Virus record (IMG/VR): IMGVR_UViG_3300034272_002779 | Reading direction: 5' to 3' (one strand) | DNA length: 64,000 nt | Origin: an uncultured virus (IMG/VR IMGVR_UViG_3300034272_002779) | Lineage: Duplodnaviria; Heunggongvirae; Uroviricota; Caudoviricetes | In this document: in pieces, positions 50,135 to 59,542 of the stretch | How positions within the stretch are numbered: position 1 is the first letter of the stretch | Layout: every line of letters begins with the position of its first letter | Notes under the pieces: model-generated | What the model saw: only the letters and a program-made list of their open reading frames with translations | Told to the model about the DNA's origin: nothing | Database searches by the model: none | Program-made: the position numbers and the translations under genes

Positions 50135-50339
50135 GAGATCCCAGAACTGATCCCAAACTAACCCCCAACAACATAGTATGTTAGTAAGATAGTATGCACA
50201 GCCATGTTCATCTGAGTGGGAAGCACGTGGAGGCACTCATATAGGTACTCGTATGCGAAAACTTGGCCCTCCCGGCAGCCCCTCTCCAGGGCCGAGCAAC
50301 CACCCAGGGTGCGAACAAGGGTGTTCTCGGATAGCCCCG

Positions 50340-50458
50340 TTAGCCCGGGTTAACCACCCCCGCTTAGCCCGGGTTAACCCAGCCTCCCACTAACCCGGGG
50401 TAATTCCTGGTAAGCAATGGTAAAAACTGGAATTTTAGCCCGGGTTAACTAGGTTAAC
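50340..50458. repeat. Iteron-like near-palindromic repeats TTAGCCCGGGTTAAC
   Basis: Exact copies at 50340, 50364, 50435; variant at 50390; partial at 50452. Confidence 0.85.
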
Positions 50459-50701
50459 TCGGCCCGCCCCGAATCCCTAGGATTTCTCGCCCCGATTCCA
50501 GCCTCAGACACCGCGGTTATCTCTTAGGTATCTCGCCTCGCCTCACTCTACCTCTCTCTATAGGATCAGGAGACGGAATCTACTCATGTCTACTCTATCT
50601 ATAGGGAGAAGGATAAGGATAATACATAACTATTTGGGGCGGGTTTCCCACGGTGTTACCCCTCAGAAAACCCCCCGAAGAATTTGGATATATAGATCAC
50701 T

Positions 50702-51496
50702 ATGAAACATGTTAAAATATTTGAAGAGTATATCCCAGGAGGCAGAGCCTCTGGCAAGAGCCTAAAGGATCTCGCCAAGATCCACGGTGTAGGAATCAAG
50801 AGCCTGGAGAAGCAGCTGAAGGTTGGCGTAGCCGTTGAGATGGAACACACCAACAGTGAGGCCAAGGCCGAGGAGATAGCTATGGATCACCTAGCAGAAA
50901 ACCCACGGTATTACACTCGGCTTATCCGGAAGGGATTCGTGGATGAACCAAAGGCTCTGAAGATCTATAAGGAACTCTATGAGGGAGACTGGTTTGATAA
51001 TCTAAGTTACCACCCGGCAAACCAACCAGATGGACCTGATCCAACAAGGGAGATCGAATACACCCCGGCCCAACAGAAGTTTACCACTATGTCATTCCTA
51101 GGTGATAGCAGCATTGGCTTTACTCTGCTGCATGGCAAGGACTCCGTGGGAGGTGGAGCTTGGGTGCTTAACATCGATGAGGTTCCGGATGACTATCAGC
51201 TGATCACTGTCTATGGAGATGATGAAGAGAATGAGACGGAGATTGATGAGGACACTTGCATCAACTACGCTACTGATCTCTGGGATGCTAGAGATAGAGA
51301 TGTTGAGAATGTAGGAGAAGGCATGGAAGGCTGGGAAGATGGTAAGTTGCTATGTAAGCTAGATGCTGAACTGGCAGAGGATTTGATTGGCACTATGGAG
51401 TTCGTGATGAGAAGAGGTAATTACGGTCCTGGTTCTAATATCAAGAAAAAAGTCTCTGGTGCTGTCTATGAGCTAAGCAAACTATTTGAGCTGTGA
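50702..51496 (+). CDS. DUF5661-like protein with leader
   Basis: MKHVKIFEEY; GVAVEMEHT...EIAMDHLAENPRYYTRL. Confidence 0.72.
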   Translation: MKHVKIFEEYIPGGRASGKSLKDLAKIHGVGIKSLEKQLKVGVAVEMEHTNSEAKAEEIAMDHLAENPRYYTRLIRKGFVDEPKALKIYKELYEGDWFDNLSYHPANQPDGPDPTREIEYTPAQQKFTTMSFLGDSSIGFTLLHGKDSVGGGAWVLNIDEVPDDYQLITVYGDDEENETEIDEDTCINYATDLWDARDRDVENVGEGMEGWEDGKLLCKLDAELAEDLIGTMEFVMRRGNYGPGSNIKKKVSGAVYELSKLFEL

Positions 51497-52117
51497 AAGA
51501 TAGTATCTTCGTAACATACTCTGTGGTCGGGCGCAAAACCTGGCCATTATTTTTTTACCCCGAGTCTAAACGTTATATTTGAAAGTATGAAGAATCCAAA
51601 AGATAAAAGCGATCTAGTGATAGCACTGATAATAGCTGGATGGTTCTTGGCAATAGGTGTTGTAGCTTATCTCTTTACTTAAGAGCCATCCCGGCTCTTG
51701 CCAATAGATCATGCTATCCCAAAGAATTATAAGACTGGGGCTAAAGGTTAGACCCCTTACCACACCTCACCCACGGTGTTACCCTCTTCAACCGCTAAAC
51801 ACAACACCGAACTTCATAAATAGAATTCCGATATATAAAGCATGGGAATCAAAAGATTTAAGTGCTGCAAAGAGAGCAACAGATTTGCCTTTATGAAACA
51901 AGGTAAATTTCTAGTCTTTAGTTTTTTAATCATATGGCTCGGTCTCTCACTACATTTAAACGAGATTAATCCTATTGAATGGCCGAACATCTATAAGCCA
52001 TTCCTCTTTCTTTTTATCTGCCCGATGTTCGCGTATCTCTCTCAAGAAAAAGTTTAGTAATTATTTTTTTTCCTGGAACCGAATGGTTATCTTTGATTTA
52101 ACCAAAAAAAGAACACC

Positions 52118-52513
52118 ATGAAAATTACCTTTGAAAAGAAAGAAGCAGAAGAGATCTTCTACAGCGCATTATGCAACGGCTTAGGCTACATTGGAGGCTA
52201 CGGTCTAGTCCTCGACTTCGAAGACAAGGCATACGAAAAAGCAAAGAAAACACTTAAGAAGGCCACGCCTAACGAAACTATCTGTTATGAGGACGTGCTC
52301 ATGCAGATCCTCAGAGAAGGAGGAGAGCTGGTTCTGATCGACGAGGAATGCGACGGTGAATACACCAGCCGAATCAAAATGGAAGACGTCTATGAAAGAC
52401 TTCCTCTTACACCCACACGATTCTTAATGGACATGATCAACGAACAGGACGACGCTGAGACAGCAGACTGTATTATCCAGACCGTGTTCTTTAAAGATAT
52501 AGTGTTTGGTTAA
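52118..52513 (+). CDS. Early hypothetical protein
   Basis: After promoter 52088; DAETADCIIQ...IVFG. Confidence 0.72.
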   Translation: MKITFEKKEAEEIFYSALCNGLGYIGGYGLVLDFEDKAYEKAKKTLKKATPNETICYEDVLMQILREGGELVLIDEECDGEYTSRIKMEDVYERLPLTPTRFLMDMINEQDDAETADCIIQTVFFKDIVFG

Positions 52514-52806
52514 TCCAATATATAATTTACACCAAATCAAATTATATGAAGACCACTAAAGATAAAACAAAGGGTAAATGGACTCAGGAATCTTTTCAAG
52601 GTAAGAGTCAAAGAAACTACGAAACTTCCGCGACCATTATTCTTTGGTGCTCAATCCTTACAGCAGTAATTTCTATCTCCGCAATTTTTTTCAAAATTTT
52701 TTTCTAAAGGGGTTTACTTTTTCCATTTTTTTCCTTATAATTAGATAAAGAAAAAATTTTTTTCCTGGAACTGAATACTTAATTTAGAATTATCAAAACA
52801 AACAAA

Positions 52807-53454
52807 ATGAAAACAATTTGCATTTACGAATTTTCTGAATTGAATCCGGAGGCTAAAGAATTAGCAATCGAATCGGTTAGAGAAGAGATGGAATCGAACG
52901 AATGGCACGAGGCTTACAACTGGGCCGTTGATGACTGTGCTCTCTTCGAACCCAAGCATGAGGAAATGGTTAAGACCTGTGGGGACAACTACTATGAGGA
53001 GAACAGAACTTCCGACGGTAAGTATGGGCAGTTCGTTTTCAAGAACCGCAGGAAGATCAAGAGCTTCGATCCGGATCCGGGAGCAACCATTATCTTAGGA
53101 GAAGCCTTAGAGATAACCAACGATCGTATGTTCAAACTCTGGTTAGGAATCCCGGAGATATTCCACGAGAGTGTTGAATATCGCATAGGGGCTTCTATCC
53201 CTGAGGACTTCATCAGATGGTCTAAGTCCACCACCATAGAATTTGAACACAATGAATTGAATGGGGAGATCATGGGAGACGTGTTGATAGGTATCTTGGA
53301 ATTGGCCAAGGAAAAGTTCGACTCACACATTTCTGATATCCATGACAGAATCCTTACCGGGATAGATGCTTACTTCGATGACGAGAACGTAGAATACAGA
53401 ATAGAAGAAAGAGAATACGAGTTTCTAGAAGACGGATCTATCTGGAATAGCTAA
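52807..53454 (+). CDS. Early hypothetical protein (possible antirestriction-like acidic protein)
   Basis: IYEFSELNPEAKELAI...EYEFLEDG, very acidic; after promoter 52780. Confidence 0.65.
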   Translation: MKTICIYEFSELNPEAKELAIESVREEMESNEWHEAYNWAVDDCALFEPKHEEMVKTCGDNYYEENRTSDGKYGQFVFKNRRKIKSFDPDPGATIILGEALEITNDRMFKLWLGIPEIFHESVEYRIGASIPEDFIRWSKSTTIEFEHNELNGEIMGDVLIGILELAKEKFDSHISDIHDRILTGIDAYFDDENVEYRIEEREYEFLEDGSIWNS

Positions 53455-53695
53455 TTAACAAGTAAACAATTAAAATCCAAATATCATGAACAAAGCAAAG
53501 AAAAACACAAGCACTCGCTCTTTAGAGCAATTAGTAGCAGACTTCCAAGCATCTGCAGGATCATTCCTAACATTTCACGGAACGCTAAACGGAAAAGAGC
53601 GAAGCTTATTTAAAGGTTGGTTAGCAGATATGCGTCAACCCGCGGTGTAACCCAAGACCGTCCGATACGAAATCTTTTTCCACTAGAAATCTATA

Positions 53696-53944
53696 ATGAT
53701 AGATACAGAAAAGAAAGATATGGCAGCTATTAGATTTGTATGCACCACAGATAACAAGGCCAAGCACTACGATATCAAGAATCGTGCTTATCTGGCCGGC
53801 GGTGCTATCCTCAGAGAGAAAATCAGAAAAGATACCAGTTCAGAATTCGAGGGTGAGATGGAGATCGTATCGGAAGGCGGAACACTATACCGAGAGGTTA
53901 AGGAATTAGGTCTAAGTAAGACTGAAATGATAATTACACAATAG
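53696..53944 (+). CDS. Hypothetical protein
   Basis: 82 aa ORF. Confidence 0.6.
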   Translation: MIDTEKKDMAAIRFVCTTDNKAKHYDIKNRAYLAGGAILREKIRKDTSSEFEGEMEIVSEGGTLYREVKELGLSKTEMIITQ

Positions 53945-53956
53945 GAAAGGGAAATT

Positions 53957-54322
53957 ATGTTTGATGATGAAAGAAGCGATGATCACCCGTATTTCGGAGA
54001 TGATATCCACAAGAAGATCAAGACAACCCAACAGAGAATGAGAGAAGCAGCGGTGAGAGAGTTTGTTGATGGTTGTTACGCGGCATACAGTGTGCTACAC
54101 GTTAGAGGGGTAGAGGCCCTCGAGGATGGAGATCCAGACGCGATCAAAATGGCTATCAATCGCATGATGGCTCTTTTCCTACACAGGGAAGAATATGAGA
54201 GATGCTCATTTGTTAAATGGTTTGTTGAGAAACATATTCCTGACTTTGTGATAGAACCAGATTGGAAAGTGATTGAAGATATGGAAGAAGTAAAAAGTTT
54301 ATCCAATGGCACTAAGAGTTAA
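53957..54322 (+). CDS. Hypothetical protein (UVR-like EEYERC motif)
   Basis: 121 aa ORF. Confidence 0.6.
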   Translation: MFDDERSDDHPYFGDDIHKKIKTTQQRMREAAVREFVDGCYAAYSVLHVRGVEALEDGDPDAIKMAINRMMALFLHREEYERCSFVKWFVEKHIPDFVIEPDWKVIEDMEEVKSLSNGTKS

Positions 54323-54512
54323 TAAACCGACCGGAAGGGGTAACACTCCAAGGTCTAGTCAAACCCTTCCTTGTAAACTTTGTGGAGAGAAGGTACGTAA
54401 CGTAGATAGTAAAGCGGACGCGGTAACGTGCTTCCGCTGTGTTAGTAAGATGTGCGGTGGTGGTGGAATGATAGAACCTGAAAAACCAAAGATTAAAAAA
54501 TCAGATAAATAG
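54306..54512 (+). CDS. Zinc-finger protein
   Basis: CKLC...CFRC. Confidence 0.6.
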   Translation: MALRVNKPTGRGNTPRSSQTLPCKLCGEKVRNVDSKADAVTCFRCVSKMCGGGGMIEPEKPKIKKSDK

Positions 54513-54515
54513 TAT

Positions 54516-54704
54516 ATGGATCCTAGAACAGAAGAGCTACTTCAAGATTACCGAAAGATGGTGGAGAAGACCGCAAAAAGTCTATACCTCCAAACAATAG
54601 CAGTCCGAAGAGAGTTAGAGAACAGCAAAATTAATCCAGAGGATAAACACGAAATATTGCTACATTGTGTGGGATTACTAATCTCCAAAGAAAATAAAAA
54701 ATGA
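54516..54704 (+). CDS. Hypothetical protein
   Basis: 62 aa ORF in operon. Confidence 0.55.
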   Translation: MDPRTEELLQDYRKMVEKTAKSLYLQTIAVRRELENSKINPEDKHEILLHCVGLLISKENKK

Positions 54705-54907
54705 GAATGAAACCATCAGACAGAGAACTTGAACAGGACGTCATCTTTCAAGAAATCAAAAAAGACCACGAGAAACACGGAGACATTAACCTTCCAAGGG
54801 TTAAGGGAGAACTTGAAAAGAAATCCGTTCATTTGGTTAACTCAGTGTTAGAGTCAAGGAGAGATGCTTATCTAGCCTACGTTAAGAAGTCTAGTTCTAG
54901 AGTTTAG
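54701..54907 (+). CDS. Hypothetical protein
   Basis: 68 aa ORF in operon. Confidence 0.55.
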   Translation: MRMKPSDRELEQDVIFQEIKKDHEKHGDINLPRVKGELEKKSVHLVNSVLESRRDAYLAYVKKSSSRV

Positions 54908-55144
54908 AATTCTAGAAACTCCTTCAATACACCGTGAGAGACTCTCCGAGGTGTAACACATTCTGCTCTGAATATTTTTCTTACGTTTCGAAAGAAATGA
55001 ATTGCATCAACAATATATAGAGACATAGCCCAATTTCAAAAGATAAAAGAGCGGACACGAATTTACGGTCCGCTTTTTTTATGGTTTATTTTTTTATCCC
55101 GTGTTAGTGGATTAATTTAGTTGAGTAAATCAAAAGGGTGTATT

Positions 55145-55762
55145 ATGGAAAATCTAAGTTTAACAATGGATACTGGTATTTATAAGATACTAGGTCAGAT
55201 CAAGAAAGCCTTGATCACCTCGCTAATGCTTGGCGGGATATTTATAGTTCTAATTGGCGTGTACGCTATATTCGTTTCACTACTCATGGCAGTAGGTGTT
55301 TCAGCAGAAGGAGCAGGTTACGTTGTGGGTATGATGCCATTCATCAACGGTGCATTCCATGCAGATTTTGGTCATCTCTTCGGAAATCTCCTTATACTAT
55401 TCATCTTTCTCCTGCCAGAGGTAAACCAGGGTTATGATCTGAAGAAGCTGTTCTGGACCTCAGCAATTCTATCCACTATTTACATACCAATATTCATTCT
55501 GGGTCTATCATGGCCGGTAATTGGATCCTCTGGAGTATTCTACTTTTTAATGGGGAGATTCATATTTAGCAGAAAGTTAGTTGTGTCTAAGATATTTGCC
55601 TATGGATTCTTTTTCCTTATTATGATGGGTGATTTGGGTATGATGGCCTCTGACGACGGTGTAGCTCATCTCTTCCATGTGATGTGTGCAGTAATTGGAA
55701 TCGTAACAGTTACGAGACTAAGTAAAAGAATTCCAGAAGGGATACATAAGTTAATAGCATAA
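55145..55762 (+). CDS. Rhomboid family intramembrane serine protease
   Basis: FHADFGHLFGN, IGSSGVFY, VAHLFH; multi-TM. Confidence 0.8.
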   Translation: MENLSLTMDTGIYKILGQIKKALITSLMLGGIFIVLIGVYAIFVSLLMAVGVSAEGAGYVVGMMPFINGAFHADFGHLFGNLLILFIFLLPEVNQGYDLKKLFWTSAILSTIYIPIFILGLSWPVIGSSGVFYFLMGRFIFSRKLVVSKIFAYGFFFLIMMGDLGMMASDDGVAHLFHVMCAVIGIVTVTRLSKRIPEGIHKLIA

Positions 55763-55778
55763 AAATAATTTTTAGAAA

Positions 55779-56117
55779 ATGATATTCTACGGTATAGCGG
55801 ATGCACATGGTATAGAGAGTTTCAAACCTCAGCAGTTTGATTCAGAGGTCGAGCAATTTAATGCTGATCCCAAAGAGCTGTCGATAATGGCATTGAGAGC
55901 AAATGCTAATAGACACAGACATGCTGTTGTTTATCAAGCAGAGGTTGAAAGTCATACGGCTAAAGAGATTCTGGATCTTCTTAAAGATGGAGATTATGTT
56001 GAAGCTTTGGTGAAACTAAAGGAGGAGGCAACATCTATAAGTCTTATGAGAAGTCCAGGAGCTGAGAAGAGCTGGAATCTAATTCCAAACTCAGATCTGG
56101 ATCCGTACCGAGATTAA
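55779..56117 (+). CDS. Hypothetical protein
   Basis: 112 aa ORF. Confidence 0.65.
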   Translation: MIFYGIADAHGIESFKPQQFDSEVEQFNADPKELSIMALRANANRHRHAVVYQAEVESHTAKEILDLLKDGDYVEALVKLKEEATSISLMRSPGAEKSWNLIPNSDLDPYRD

Positions 56118-56135
56118 CGTTTTAAATAATAACAT

Positions 56136-56411
56136 ATGCCAGTCAAAGTAAAAGACGAGTACAGAACAAATCCACTAAGTGTGGAGCCAGGAGGACACGA
56201 GGTAACTGTAATCCACGAAGGAGGAAAGACCTTCATTTATGATAAGGTTAAGAGACCGGGAGCTTATATCAAGGGTATCTCTAGTGTAACTCAAACCAAG
56301 AACGGACCAATCATCAAGATTAACATCGACGGTGAAGAGGTGTGGAACGTGAGACACGATGAAACAGAACCTTGGGATAGTCCAGCTATTAAGAATCTAG
56401 GAAAGAAGTAG
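56136..56411 (+). CDS. Hypothetical protein
   Basis: 91 aa ORF. Confidence 0.65.
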   Translation: MPVKVKDEYRTNPLSVEPGGHEVTVIHEGGKTFIYDKVKRPGAYIKGISSVTQTKNGPIIKINIDGEEVWNVRHDETEPWDSPAIKNLGKK

Positions 56412-56415
56412 GACT

Positions 56416-56685
56416 ATGAAAAAGATTTTAAGAAAAATAGCAGAAGCGGGTAAGACGATATCATCTGGGAACTTCAAAGCCTCACAATTGTTAATAGCAG
56501 TACCGTTAGTTATTTTAGCAGCAGCTATCATACTATCGATTCCTCTATTACTAGTATGGGGATTACAGCTTTTAGGTTTCGATGAGGTTAGGGTTGGTTT
56601 TAGAAGTTGGTTTGGTGCAATCCTTATTATGCTATTTCTAGCTTATGCCTCAGTTATAAGAGTTAACGGAAATAAGAATCAGTAA
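56416..56685 (+). CDS. Membrane protein
   Basis: Two TM helices. Confidence 0.6.
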   Translation: MKKILRKIAEAGKTISSGNFKASQLLIAVPLVILAAAIILSIPLLLVWGLQLLGFDEVRVGFRSWFGAILIMLFLAYASVIRVNGNKNQ

Positions 56686-56696
56686 ACTAAAGGAAG

Positions 56697-56969
56697 ATGA
56701 GAACTATAGAGTTATATAAAAACCAATCCCAGATGGTGGAAGGGTTAAAGCTTAGACAGAGTTTAAGCAACATCGTGGAGGATGCCGAGGTGATTGATCT
56801 GAAAGCTCTTGGGTATCTCATGCTTCAAAAGGAATGGACAGAGGAAGAAATTGAATCTGATCTTGGATCAGTAGCTATCGAAGCTCTCCTTGATGAGATT
56901 GAAAATGCTGACCACTCTAAGATAGTTACCGTTGTTAAGACTTTAAGAGATCAAGGGGCAATTATCTAA
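56697..56969 (+). CDS. Hypothetical protein
   Basis: 90 aa ORF. Confidence 0.6.
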   Translation: MRTIELYKNQSQMVEGLKLRQSLSNIVEDAEVIDLKALGYLMLQKEWTEEEIESDLGSVAIEALLDEIENADHSKIVTVVKTLRDQGAII

Positions 56970-57140
56970 AAAATTGATTCACTTTCGAATATATAAGTTT
57001 CCACTCGGAATCTCAGATTCCGTCCATATACACCCAAAAAAGAAATCCTCCGGACGCCAAGCGACTGGAGGGTTTTTTATCAGAGATTATTTTTTTTCCC
57101 AGAACTGGTTAATTAAATTTACTTAACAAACAAACAAATT

Positions 57141-57671
57141 ATGGGATTAGATATCGTAGCTTACAGCAAATTAGAGCCACAAAGAGATGAAAGGGTAGAA
57201 GAGGTTATGCAATCTCTCTTCACTCCTCTTGGTGAAGAAGTTATGGAGATTGGGGAAGCATCCGAAAGACTCCGATGTATGGACATGAAGGTTGGCAAAT
57301 GGCATCGAACAGAGGAGACTAAGGAAACGCATTTCCGAGCGGGTTCATACTCTACTTACAATTATTTTCGAAATCTCTTATCGAGATGCTTCCATGGGGT
57401 TGATCCTAGTGTTATCTGGGAAGATGAGATGAGCTGGGAAGGTGCTCGTTTCGTCGAAATGATAAATGCTAGTGACTGCGACGGTGTTTATGGTCCGACT
57501 GATTCTGAAAAACTTTACAAAGACTTCGAAGAGGGAGAAGAGTTATTTCAGGAATTCCTCGCTGATAGATTCGAGGATGATGACGAGGGAGAATATTATC
57601 TCGACGTTTATCGTAACTTCAAAGAGGCATATGGATTAGCTGCTGAAGAGGGAGTACTAATCTTCTGTTAA
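57141..57671 (+). CDS. Conserved phage early protein
   Basis: MGLDI, FRAGSYS.YN.FR, INASDCDG. Confidence 0.72.
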   Translation: MGLDIVAYSKLEPQRDERVEEVMQSLFTPLGEEVMEIGEASERLRCMDMKVGKWHRTEETKETHFRAGSYSTYNYFRNLLSRCFHGVDPSVIWEDEMSWEGARFVEMINASDCDGVYGPTDSEKLYKDFEEGEELFQEFLADRFEDDDEGEYYLDVYRNFKEAYGLAAEEGVLIFC

Positions 57672-57708
57672 TTTTTTTGTCTCGGAGATTTAATCTAATT
57701 TTATACCA

Positions 57709-57921
57709 ATGAAGAATCAAAGTCATATCAACGATCTACTTAGAACTCAAAAGGTTCTAGCTTCTTGCAACAGTAAGGAGCACGTGGATGCTGCTATCCG
57801 ATACTTCCGCTTATTTATTAAAAAATGGAAACACTTATTTAGTGTTGAGGTGGTGACGGATTTGGAGATGAATTTCACTATCGATGTTGCAAAGAAACTA
57901 AAACAAATACAATTGAAATGA
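57709..57921 (+). CDS. Hypothetical protein
   Basis: After promoter 57696. Confidence 0.6.
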   Translation: MKNQSHINDLLRTQKVLASCNSKEHVDAAIRYFRLFIKKWKHLFSVEVVTDLEMNFTIDVAKKLKQIQLK

Positions 57922-58220
57922 AAAACATAGTTTACATATTAGCTTTGTCTTCTATTCTTCTTGGATTGGCTTCATGTCAGATAAAGGAGGAAAAGATCAT
58001 TAAAGAAGGTGATAAGGAATTTGTTGTTTTAGGTGGAGATACTCTTGGAGTAGTTTACGAAAAACACACGGTGATATCATGTGAGAGAACAACCCCTAAT
58101 AATATCCACGAGGAAATGAATCCATCATTCGACATAAAACTAGAGAATGGAAGTTCTTTTGAATCAAGAAAAACTTACGAGGTTGGTGATAGCATAATTT
58201 ATACAATCTACACTAAATGA
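57918..58220 (+). CDS. Putative lipoprotein
   Basis: Lipobox LASC. Confidence 0.65.
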   Translation: MKNIVYILALSSILLGLASCQIKEEKIIKEGDKEFVVLGGDTLGVVYEKHTVISCERTTPNNIHEEMNPSFDIKLENGSSFESRKTYEVGDSIIYTIYTK

Positions 58221-58492
58221 AGTTAATCACCATAATAAAAGAAACCGTAATCGGAGATAACCAAAACCAAGATAAGTTATTCTTTGAGTATTGTGACGAG
58301 TATTCAATAGAACACAAAATAATAAACGAAAACTTAGAAACCTCATCATATCCTGATATAGAGTTTAAATCAGGTCCAGTTGCTTTAAGTAATATGCTAA
58401 AGGAAAGATTTGGCTACACACAAGAAGAAATCAACGAGGAGTTTCCTCAAATAAAAGAAGCCTTAGAAGAAGATACAGCCAATCAAAACTAA
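58217..58492 (+). CDS. Hypothetical protein
   Basis: 91 aa ORF. Confidence 0.6.
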   Translation: MKLITIIKETVIGDNQNQDKLFFEYCDEYSIEHKIINENLETSSYPDIEFKSGPVALSNMLKERFGYTQEEINEEFPQIKEALEEDTANQN

Positions 58493-58494
58493 GA

Positions 58495-58575
58495 AACCGG
58501 GTGCCTCTTCCCGCCATAAGAGGATTGTTTGTTTGTTTTGATTATGGGAAAGGTCCAGTTTATCTGGACCTTTTT
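58495..58575 (+). ncRNA. Candidate antisense sRNA 2 (hairpin-GU seed-terminator)
   Basis: CCTCTT/AAGAGG hairpin, seed TTGTTTGTTTGTTTTGATTA (58525-58544), terminator GAAAGGTCCAG/CTGGACCTTTTT. Confidence 0.5.
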
Positions 58576-58625
58576 CTATTTGCGTGGATTTATTATTGCT
58601 AAGAGCTGCGGGGAAACACCGCGGG

Positions 58626-59459
58626 TTATTTCAACTGAGTAAGAACCCCTTGAATCTCCGACGGTGAAAGATCTAGTTCCTTATTGTGTAGTACTTTAGA
58701 TAAACCACCAAAGATAGATTGTGCTAATGTTTTTCCTTTAATTGCTGAATCAAATTGAGAACCAACAACAGAACTAGAAGGCATTGATGTTGAATCAGGA
58801 AGAGGAGTTGTAGGTATTGGACCTAAAGAACCACTTACTGCTTTAGCACCTTTAATTAGATCGTTTTCAAATTCTTTAGTTCTAGTAGTTCTGAAGTAAT
58901 CAATAAATCCATATAGAGTTTTCGAATCCAATTTTCTAACATTAACACCAACTCTATCTCCTTCTCCTGATTGCTGGTCGTTAGTGTTACCTTCTATTGT
59001 AGTAAATGTTCTTTTCTGCGGATCAACACCTAGGACTATACCAGTATGACCCAAACCTTTACCAGGTCTACTCATAATAAATATCTGTCCAGGTCTTACT
59101 AGGTTAGGATCCTTCCTTGCTTGGTCTATAGTAATCTTTGCATCTGCTGGTGCTTTAGTCCAGTGATTCATAACTCCCGCGGTTTTTGGGAGAGGATTCG
59201 TTTGACCTAATTGTTTACTTAATTCGTTAAACACGTAGTAGACAAAAGCCATACACCAAGGATAGCCTGCTCCTAATCCAGTAGATGCAAGATAAGCTGA
59301 AACCATTTGACCTCTGTTAGAACCTTTTGGTTCTTCTTTAACATTTCTGTTTATTGAAAGAATCTTTGCAAACTTGTCTCCATCACCACCTGGGTTTTTT
59401 AAAGAGAACTGAGCCTCGTTTACAAAATCGCAAAAGTTCTTTATTCTTTTCTCTACCAT
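58626..59459 (-). CDS. CHAP-domain peptidoglycan amidase/peptidase with leader
   Basis: PWCMAFV, GHTGIV, TIEGNT; leader RIKNFCDFVNE. Confidence 0.82.
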   Translation of the reverse strand: MVEKRIKNFCDFVNEAQFSLKNPGGDGDKFAKILSINRNVKEEPKGSNRGQMVSAYLASTGLGAGYPWCMAFVYYVFNELSKQLGQTNPLPKTAGVMNHWTKAPADAKITIDQARKDPNLVRPGQIFIMSRPGKGLGHTGIVLGVDPQKRTFTTIEGNTNDQQSGEGDRVGVNVRKLDSKTLYGFIDYFRTTRTKEFENDLIKGAKAVSGSLGPIPTTPLPDSTSMPSSSVVGSQFDSAIKGKTLAQSIFGGLSKVLHNKELDLSPSEIQGVLTQLK

Positions 59460-59542
59460 CTCTAGATTATTTAATTATTCTATATATCTAAAAAAACATT
59501 GCTTTTATTTTTTTAACACGATAAACATAGATATATTTGTAT

